Below, piece after piece: positions 36,499 through 43,693 of a stretch of 64,000 nt of DNA. The notes beneath the pieces were generated by a model, which had not been told where the DNA came from, did not search any database, and worked only from the letters and a program-made list of their open reading frames with translations. Source of the DNA: Escherichia coli. Its GTDB lineage: Bacteria; Pseudomonadota; Gammaproteobacteria; Enterobacterales; Enterobacteriaceae. Made by a program: the position numbers and the translations under genes. The stretch lies in the NCBI RefSeq assembly GCF_024700885.2, contig NZ_CP117016.1; one strand, 5' to 3'. Numbering within the stretch: position 1 is the first letter of the stretch; each line of letters opens with the position of its first letter.

Positions 36499-37417
36499 AA
36501 AAATCGCAGATGAAACTCTAATGCCGGTATCAAAAGTATCTGCTTTTATATTTACAGCCCCATATAGATATAAAGTATATCCCATCCCCAAAAGGAATGG
36601 TGGGTTTAGGGAGATTGCTCAACCGTCAAGGGCATTAAAGTTTATGCAAAGGATTGTTATTGCTGAACTAGAGAAAGTACTTAAGGTTCATGAAAACGCA
36701 TATGCTTATGTCAAAGGACGTAGTATAAAAGATAATGTGGAAAAGCATCAAAGAAACTCTTATATTTTGAAAGTTGATTTCTGCGACTTTTTTAATAGCA
36801 TAAACCCTTACGACCTTGAGTTATGTTTAAAAAACAATGGGTTAGACTCATTGTTAAGCTCACAAGAATTATTGAATAAACTTTTTTTCTATAAGAAAAG
36901 TAAAAGAGGTGCTTTATCAATGAGCATCGGGGCACCTAGTTCTCCATTTTTGTCAAATGCGATTATGTATAAGTTTGATTCAGTCATTAGTGATATGTGT
37001 TCAAATAAAAATATTACTTATACAAGATATGCTGATGATCTTACATTTTCTACTAATGAAAAAGGTATTTTGTATGAATTCATACATGAAATAGATAAAG
37101 TTCTTGAGGAGATAGATAGTCCTAAATTAAAACTAAATGATAAGAAAACCATATTTGCATCTAAAAAATGCAATCGTCATATAACAGGAATTGTTATTAA
37201 TAACGAAGAAAAACTTTCAATTGGTAGAGATAAAAAACGTTACTTAAGTAGTTTAATTCATAAATTCTCGCTTAATGCACTTAATGAGGAAGGAGTTGAA
37301 CATTTAAAAGGGTATTTGGCGTATGTAAATAAAATTGAACCTTCATTCATTAGCAGAATGAAAAGGAAATATGGAGTCGAAGTTGTCAACTCCATAATCA
37401 CATTTAATCCATTATAA
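36485..37417 (+). CDS. ret: Retron-type reverse transcriptase
   Basis: 310 aa; RT motifs FREIAQPS, NAYAYVKGRSIKDN, KVDFCDFFNSI, IGAPSSPFLSN, catalytic YTRYADDLTFS and retron-typical ITGIVIN (VTG) motif; no maturase, endonuclease or other extra domains. Confidence 0.9.
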   Translation: MDIIKKIADETLMPVSKVSAFIFTAPYRYKVYPIPKRNGGFREIAQPSRALKFMQRIVIAELEKVLKVHENAYAYVKGRSIKDNVEKHQRNSYILKVDFCDFFNSINPYDLELCLKNNGLDSLLSSQELLNKLFFYKKSKRGALSMSIGAPSSPFLSNAIMYKFDSVISDMCSNKNITYTRYADDLTFSTNEKGILYEFIHEIDKVLEEIDSPKLKLNDKKTIFASKKCNRHITGIVINNEEKLSIGRDKKRYLSSLIHKFSLNALNEEGVEHLKGYLAYVNKIEPSFISRMKRKYGVEVVNSIITFNPL

Positions 37418-37894
37418 ATGTGAACTTATTATATTTATAATGGTTGTGCTTTTTTCTTGTACCTTAGGGGTGTAAAAGAATGTCATCATGAAGATAATTA
37501 AAAAATGAATGGCAATAAGAGTAATAGGTAACATTTTTTCAATATCACTTAAATGGCGATGCCTTTTTTGTGTAATAACTTCCTCTTCTCTTTTGAAAGG
37601 AGTTATACCTATCTTGACCTCCATCTCCTGAATTACTGTAAACTTAGCAGCATTAATTCTTTTATAGGAAGTAATTAGATTTATCCAATAGATATTAATT
37701 ACGACTCCAGCGAGAGAGATTAAGATTACCCAAATAGGCTGTATTGTTGGCTTTAAAGAAAAATATCCAACAAGCGGTAAAATAGAAGAGTTTAAGGCTA
37801 ATAAAAATGTATTTGACTTAAGTCTTCGATCACTTATTCTATCCGCCATCTCAACGCATGTTTTATATATTTCTATGACTTTATCATCCGTCAC
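37412..37894 (-). CDS. Small predicted 3-TM membrane protein of unknown function (candidate defence/abortive-infection effector)
   Basis: 160 aa; amphipathic N-terminal helix IEIYKTCVEMADRISDRRLKSNTF, then hydrophobic segments FLLALNSSILPLVGYFSL, IWVILISLAGVVINIYWINLI, MLPITLIAIHFLIIFMMTFFY; AT-rich; stop overlaps the RT stop. Confidence 0.65.
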   Translation of the reverse strand: MTDDKVIEIYKTCVEMADRISDRRLKSNTFLLALNSSILPLVGYFSLKPTIQPIWVILISLAGVVINIYWINLITSYKRINAAKFTVIQEMEVKIGITPFKREEEVITQKRHRHLSDIEKMLPITLIAIHFLIIFMMTFFYTPKVQEKSTTIINIISSHL

Positions 37895-38137
37895 TAATAG
37901 TATCCTTATAAATTTCTGAGTTGTTCAAATAAATGTTATCATATATTTTTATCAACGTAATATGTATTTTTACGTATTTTTAACTGTGAGAGATACATAG
38001 TGATTGTTGGGTGCATGTACAATCCTTGATACTTAACAATGAAAGCGTAGTTGTGGGGGGGGGGCATATTTGGGGGCATTACTATTTAATCTTTCTTGAT
38101 TTTTATTATAAAACAACTGGTTGTATTGATGTTTTGT

Positions 38138-38153
38138 TCCTATTATCGCACCA
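38138..38153 (+). repeat. attR core (pseudo-thrW 3' end)
   Basis: TCCTATTATCGCACCA = attL 25897-25913 minus one G; next base T also shared. Confidence 0.75.
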
Positions 38154-38280
38154 TTTAAATCAAGTAGTTACCTCACATTCAATTACACCACATTTTCCTC
38201 CTGTGCCGTATTTGTGCCATTGTAACCCTGGCAATTCATCAAAATACTGTTCTGACATCAGGCAGTGCAGGTGCAGACAT

Positions 38281-38514
38281 TTAAGCCAATTGCTGCCGCC
38301 ATTCCTTGACGTGGTCAATCAGGGCGCGGAGCTTTGGTGCAATATTGCGACGCTGTGGGAAATACAGATAGAAGCCCGGAAATTGTGGAAGAAAGTCATC
38401 AAGCAGCGATACAAGCTTACCGCTTTCAATATATGGCCTGAAAGTTTCCTGAGTGGCAATTGTTATGCCTGCGCCGGCAAGAGCCAGCCTCAACATCAGA
38501 CGCAGATCATTCTG
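38281..38514 (-). pseudogene. LysR-family regulator, C-terminal ~77 codons only
   Basis: QNDLRLMLRLALAGAGITIATQETFRPYIESGKLVSLLDDFLPQFPGFYLYFPQRRNIAPKLRALIDHVKEW: LysR effector-domain C-terminus; in-frame stop immediately upstream, no HTH part. Confidence 0.7.
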
Positions 38515-38594
38515 CTAATCCCACCGATGCTTCGGTCTGGAGTGGTAAATTAATATTGGACACAGTTTTATTTTCTCTCTTTTTCGAGGGCTAT

Positions 38595-38875
38595 ATGAAC
38601 AGGAAGAATACATCCCTAAGCGGTTAATGCTGGCGTAATCAATAGACCAGCATTAATCACAGATGATTACCAATCAGACAGAAATGGTTAAATCGTCGAA
38701 TTCATATTTAATACGTTTTCTTACGCCGCTGAGCAACTTGAAAGCAGGAAAAGGATGTATATTTTAAATATCAGTGAAGTGAACAGTTTATTGCCGTTAT
38801 TAATAGAGATGGAGGAATAAATAGGCGTATTCTACTATTGCAACAAAAACAACGATAATGATCAGTTTTCATAAT
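38595..38875. repeat. Collapsed, diverged second copy of the ykgO-3'/terminator and ykgR segments
   Basis: 38595-38735 aligns by eye with 57206-57345, and 38745-38875 with 58035-58165; the ykgR-like frame here has an in-frame TGA where the N-terminus should be. Confidence 0.7.
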
Positions 38876-39079
38876 GAAGTAACCTGACAGATATAAAAAT
38901 GTTGATTGAGGCTAAATGCCCGGATGAAGGTTGTCGAGGGAGCCAGGTGGTTTTTTCTTTTGGGTGATCTCCATTGCTGGATAGTCCTCTCTTTCTCGCT
39001 CAAAGCAGACCCTGGAATTGAATGCAGAGGGACTACCTGACACAATTTTGCACAGTGAAGAGTCGGTCGTTATTAACGT

Positions 39080-39964
39080 TCAGATTTTCAATGTATCAAT
39101 GACCATCCGCAGGGCGGGGGAGACGTTGCGATGAGGGTAATAGAGAAACAATCCCTCCATTCGCAGGCTGTAACGCTGCAACACCCTGATAAGCTTACCG
39201 TGTTCTAAATCATCCGCGACCAGTTCAACAGGAACATAGGCCAATCCGAGGCCCAGCCGGGCTGCTTCTGCTTCCATATAGCTGTCGGATAAGGCCCATT
39301 GCCCTTCAGGGCGATGAGTGATTTTTTTATCATCCTGATTGAGTTCCCACTGGTATACGCTGCCGTCGGCAAACTGATAGGCGATACAGGGATGCGCCTT
39401 TAAATCCGCCGGGGTTTGCGGAAAACCATAGCGACGAAAATGTTCCGGAGTCCCCACAATTGCCATCTCCATATCGGGCGTGATGCGTACCGCGACCATA
39501 CCCTGGCCGACTTCAGGCCCCAGGCGGACACCTGCATCGAATCTTTCCTCGATGATATCGACGAACCGGCTCTCATTTATCAGTTCAAGCCGGATATCAG
39601 GATATCTCTGTTTAAATACCGCCAGCTTTGGCAGCAGGCATTTATCAATCGCGTGCTGGCTGGCATTGATACGCACCGTGCCGGAGGGCGTCTCTCGATA
39701 GTGCGCCAGCGTGGCAAGCCCAAGATCTAACATTTCAAATCCAGATGCCGTCTTCTGGTAGAGCTGCTCGCCTGCTTGTGTCAGCGACAGTTTACGCGTG
39801 GTGCGCACTAGCAGCTGGACGCCCAGCCTTTCTTCAAGCTCGCGAACAGAACGGCTGACTCCTGACTGAGCAAGACCCAGCCGCTGAGCCGCTGCGGTAA
39901 AGCTGCCTTCCCGCACCACCTGCATAAACAGGTACAGCTCGTTGTAGTTCTCCCTTTTCGCCAT
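39080..39964 (-). CDS. LysR-family transcriptional regulator
   Basis: 294 aa; N-terminal HTH ELYLFMQVVREGSFTAAAQRLGLAQSGVSRSVRELEERLG. Confidence 0.88.
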   Translation of the reverse strand: MAKRENYNELYLFMQVVREGSFTAAAQRLGLAQSGVSRSVRELEERLGVQLLVRTTRKLSLTQAGEQLYQKTASGFEMLDLGLATLAHYRETPSGTVRINASQHAIDKCLLPKLAVFKQRYPDIRLELINESRFVDIIEERFDAGVRLGPEVGQGMVAVRITPDMEMAIVGTPEHFRRYGFPQTPADLKAHPCIAYQFADGSVYQWELNQDDKKITHRPEGQWALSDSYMEAEAARLGLGLAYVPVELVADDLEHGKLIRVLQRYSLRMEGLFLYYPHRNVSPALRMVIDTLKI

Positions 39965-40150
39965 TGAAACATCCCCCCTTCATGCCGGCAATCTCCGCAT
40001 TAATTTATAACAATATGGTATTAATCTTAGCATTAATCGCCCCCTAATCAGCACTAATTCTGCTCACTATAATGACCCCATCAAAGTAAAGCACCGCAGC
40101 GTTGTCCGTCGGAAACCTGTATCTCTCTGTTGTTTTTTATGGGGATTTTT

Positions 40151-41279
40151 ATGAAAGCCTTCACCCGCACGCTAAAAACCGCGATGCCGACCATGCTGCT
40201 TTTCGCATCATTAAGTGGAGTCACGACAATGAGTTATGCTGATTCAACCAATCCTAATGCCCCTGTGTCCATGACAGATAAATGGGATAAAACGTTCGCC
40301 GAGAGCCAGAAAGTCGATCACCGTAAAGTCTCGTTCCCGAACCGATATGGCATCACCTTAGTGGGCGATCTTTACCTGCCTAAAGACCGTGGCGATCGCA
40401 AGCTGGCGGCGATTGCGGTCAGTGGGCCATTTGGCGCGGTGAAAGAGCAATCCAGCGGCTTGTATGCGCAGACGCTGGCGGAACGAGGGTTTGTTACCCT
40501 GGCGTTCGATCCTTCTTACACCGGGGAAAGCGGCGGCTATCCGCGAAACGTCGCCTCACCGGATATCAACACTGAAGATTTCAGCGCGGCGGTGGATTTC
40601 TTAGGGCTGCAAAAAGAGGTAGATCGCAACCGTATCGGGCTGCTCGGTATTTGTGGCTGGGGCGGCATGGCGCTGAACGACGTGGCGATGGATACCCGCG
40701 TTAAAGCGGTAGCTACCAGCGTGATGTATGACATGAGCCGGGCGATGGGTCATGGTGTGGGGGATGGCAAAGACCGTTATTCTACCGCCGACCGTCGTGC
40801 CGTTCTGCAATATCTGAATGAACAGCGCTGGAAGGATGCGCAGAGCGGAACGTTCGCTCACGGTGGTCATGATATTAATGTCGACAGCAACGGCAAGGTC
40901 AGTGCGGGCGAGCGCATTCTGCCAGAAACGCTGCCGGCAAATCCTCATCCGGTACTGAAAGAGTTCTTTGACTACTATCGCATGCCGCGCGGCTTCCACG
41001 AACGTTCCGTTAACTCTACCGGGGCGTGGACGGCAACGATGCCGCTGGAATATGCCGCTGTTGAGCTACGCCAGTGAAATCACCATCCCGACGCTGATTG
41101 TGACCGGTGAGAAAGCGCATTCACGCTATTTTGCTGAAGATGCTTACAAGGTGGTTGGCAGTAACGACAAAGAGCTGGTGGTGGTACCAGGGGCAAATCA
41201 CGTGGACCTGTACGATAACGTGGCCGGAAAAATACCTTTCGCGAAGTTCGAACAATTTTTCCAGACCAAACTGAAATAA
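40151..41279 (+). pseudogene. Secreted alpha/beta-hydrolase (dienelactone-hydrolase-like), disrupted by a frameshift near 41040-41070
   Basis: ORF 40130-41077 (signal peptide, nucleophile elbow GICGWGG) stops early; the C-terminal part (IPTLIVTGEKAHSRYF...GANHVDLYD, catalytic His) continues in ORF 40968-41279 in another frame; paralogous to the intact 60049-60969 gene. Confidence 0.75.
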
Positions 41280-41354
41280 AACCTCTCCTGAATTGATGCA
41301 AAGCCACCGGCCATAGGCTGGTGGCTTTTATCCTGATCTTTGTGAAATTTCACT

Positions 41355-42548
41355 ATGTCGACACTAAGCCAAACACTATCACCTCATCATCAGCGCGCAT
41401 ACTGGGGCGGTATTTTTGCCATGACCCTGTGCGTGTTTGTGCTGATTGCTTCTGAATTTATGCCCGTCAGCCTGCTCACGCCGATTACCCGCGATTTAGG
41501 CGTGACGGAGGGGCTGGCAGGGCAGGGGATTGCTATCTCCGGCGCGCTGGCGGTTCTGACCAGCCTGACGCTTTCAACGCTAGCTGGAAAGATGAATCGT
41601 AAGTTCCTGCTGCTGGGGATGACGGTTCTGATGGCCGTATCGGGGCTTATTATTGCGCTGGCTTCCAGTTATCTGATGTATATGGTCGGTCGTGCGATGA
41701 TTGGTGTGGCTATTGGCGGATTCTGGTCGATGTCAGCGGCAACGGCGATTCGTCTGGTGCCGCAGCATCAGGTCACGCGTGCGCTGGCAATTTTCAACGC
41801 CGGTAATGCGCTGGCGACGGTCGTGGCCGCACCGCTGGGAAGCTATCTGGGGGCTACGGTCGGATGGCGAGGCGCTTTCTTGTGCCTGGTGCCCATCGCG
41901 GTTGTCGCCTTTATCTGGCAGTGCATCAGCCTGCCAAGCATGGATGCGAATAAAAGCCACACTTCATGTGGCGCGGTATTCCGCTTATTTAGCCGCCGCA
42001 TGGTTGTGGTCGGCATGATAGCCTGCTGCCTGTTTTTCATGGGGCAGTTTGCACTATTCACCTATGTGCGCCCGTTTCTGGAGTCGGTGACACGGGTTAA
42101 TTCCTTAGGCTTGTCGTTGATTTTGCTGATTATCGGCGTGGCCGGTTTTATTGGCACGCTGGTTGTTTCGGCATTTCTCAACAGAAAATTCTACCCCACG
42201 CTGATGGCCATACCCGGACTGATGGCCGTCATTGCTATCGGTCTGATGCTGACCGGGCATCACGTCTGGACGGTCTCGCTGCTGTTAGGACTCTGGGGCA
42301 TGCTGGCCACCGCCGCGCCAACCGGATGGTGGACATGGATTGCGCGTACGTTGCCTGACAACGCCGAAGCCGGAGGCGGGCTCATGGTCGCGGTGATTCA
42401 GCTCTCCATCGCCCTTGGATCAACAGCAGGAGGCATCGTATTTGACCGCCTTGGCTGGCAGAGCACGTTTGCTATGAGTAGCGTGCTGCTCCTTTGCGCT
42501 GGCGTACTGACCTTTGTTACCGCACGCCAGAAGGCCGGTGCGCTTTAG
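41355..42548 (+). CDS. MFS transporter (12-TM)
   Basis: 397 aa, highly hydrophobic, MFS-like loop motif GKMNRKF. Confidence 0.85.
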   Translation: MSTLSQTLSPHHQRAYWGGIFAMTLCVFVLIASEFMPVSLLTPITRDLGVTEGLAGQGIAISGALAVLTSLTLSTLAGKMNRKFLLLGMTVLMAVSGLIIALASSYLMYMVGRAMIGVAIGGFWSMSAATAIRLVPQHQVTRALAIFNAGNALATVVAAPLGSYLGATVGWRGAFLCLVPIAVVAFIWQCISLPSMDANKSHTSCGAVFRLFSRRMVVVGMIACCLFFMGQFALFTYVRPFLESVTRVNSLGLSLILLIIGVAGFIGTLVVSAFLNRKFYPTLMAIPGLMAVIAIGLMLTGHHVWTVSLLLGLWGMLATAAPTGWWTWIARTLPDNAEAGGGLMVAVIQLSIALGSTAGGIVFDRLGWQSTFAMSSVLLLCAGVLTFVTARQKAGAL

Positions 42549-42668
42549 TCCGGCGAGGGCGCGCGTTGCTGAATAAGTTACACAAGGCGATGAGCGCCCA
42601 CTATGGGTTGGGTGCTCTTTTAAACGATTTAGGTGATTTTCTAAAACGGCTACTGCAGATTTTTCTCT

Positions 42669-42749
42669 TAATTTATGGGTATTTCCCCCGGAGGCGAGAA
42701 AGCGCTCTCCACGCCCGGCCGCAAGGATCAGGACGACGGGGGCAGGCAT
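42669..42749 (-). pseudogene. 5' stub of a MobA/MocA-like nucleotidyltransferase (Mo-cofactor cytidylyltransferase type) downstream of paoD
   Basis: ATG 42747-42749 overlaps the paoD 3' end; MPAPVVLILAAGRGERFLASGGNTHKL matches the NTP-transferase P-loop (hLAAGrg.Rf...K), then similarity is lost. Confidence 0.5.
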
Positions 42750-43684
42750 GAATCCTCCTCCTGATGGAGACGTACAGAGGCGACTTCTGCCAGCACGGAG
42801 AGTGCCAGAGTATGCGCATCCCGGGCTTTGGGGAATATCCCGACGGGTGCCCGGATTTGCGCTGTCTCCTCCCTGGACCATCCCAGCTCGTGGAGCTTTT
42901 GCAGACGTAAAGTGTGGGTTCGATAGCTGCCCAATGCGCCGAGATAAAAGGGTTTTGCTTCTCGCGCGGCCTGCAACACTGGCAGCTCCCGGTTGAGATC
43001 ATGGCACAGCAAAATGACCGCCGTATCGGTATCGATCTGAGCGCTGGCTGAGGCCGGAAAAAGATCGAAGATATGGCTGTCATAGCCTGTGGCTGCTGCA
43101 AGACTCGCGGTTGCCTGCGCCTCAAGAGAACGTCCGTAAATCATCAGCCTGACGCATGGCCTGAACCCCACCTCAAAGCCATTGAGACTCCAGCCCGTCC
43201 GGGTTTGCGTGGGCAGGCACACCAGCGATTGAGCTTGCGGATCGTAGCGCAGACCCGCCGGTTTTCTCTGTTCCAGGCGGTTCAGCACGGCGAGCAGAGG
43301 CTGTGCCGAGCGTAGTTTATGGAGCGTCAGCGTGATCCCACCGCCGCAGGGCAGAACGATGTCAAACCACGGCGAACCTTCGCCATAGCGAACTTCGCGA
43401 TCGCGGCCTGAGCCCATCACCTCCAGCGCTTCAAAAGCGGCAGCGGCCTCCACGCAGCCGCCAGAGACAAAACCGCAGTAACGGCCATCTTCGCGCACCA
43501 CCATCTGCGCCCCGAGCGGGCGCGCCGCGCCGCCGCGTATCTCCACCAGCGTCACCAGCACCGCTCCTTTACCGGACATTAGCGCCTCTACGGCGAAGCG
43601 CAGAATGGTCCGGTGGTCATCGGTGAGAAACGCCTGCTCTGGCTTATGCCAGTGCTCGTCTTTATCAAAAAGCGAGTATGACAT
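42728..43684 (-). CDS. paoD: Periplasmic aldehyde oxidoreductase maturation factor PaoD (XdhC family)
   Basis: 318 aa MSYSLFDKDEHWHKPEQAFLTDDHRTILRFAVEAL... Confidence 0.92.
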   Translation of the reverse strand: MSYSLFDKDEHWHKPEQAFLTDDHRTILRFAVEALMSGKGAVLVTLVEIRGGAARPLGAQMVVREDGRYCGFVSGGCVEAAAAFEALEVMGSGRDREVRYGEGSPWFDIVLPCGGGITLTLHKLRSAQPLLAVLNRLEQRKPAGLRYDPQAQSLVCLPTQTRTGWSLNGFEVGFRPCVRLMIYGRSLEAQATASLAAATGYDSHIFDLFPASASAQIDTDTAVILLCHDLNRELPVLQAAREAKPFYLGALGSYRTHTLRLQKLHELGWSREETAQIRAPVGIFPKARDAHTLALSVLAEVASVRLHQEEDSCLPPSS

Positions 43685-43693
43685 TGTTCCTCC

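Larger units (their letters stand above)
25914..38153. mobile_element. P4-like phage satellite integrated at thrW (~12.2 kb)
   Basis: P4-type integrase next to the tRNA; alpA, Icd-like, alpha-type primase-helicase, iteron ori, sid/psu/delta homologues; bounded by a repeat of the tRNA 3' end. Confidence 0.85.

Noticed and set aside
38011-38553. 180-aa plus-strand ORF spanning attR
   Set aside because: It crosses the attR repeat and the G10 tract and runs antisense to the LysR fragment. The translation is low-complexity with no recognisable domain, so it looks like a chance ORF in patchwork DNA.
42420-43125. 153-aa and 150-aa reverse ORFs and several plus ORFs overlapping the paoD 3' region
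   Set aside because: Apart from the first ~27 codons after ATG 42749, which are reported as a mocA-like stub, these are alternative or antisense frames of paoD or the MFS terminus with low-complexity translations.
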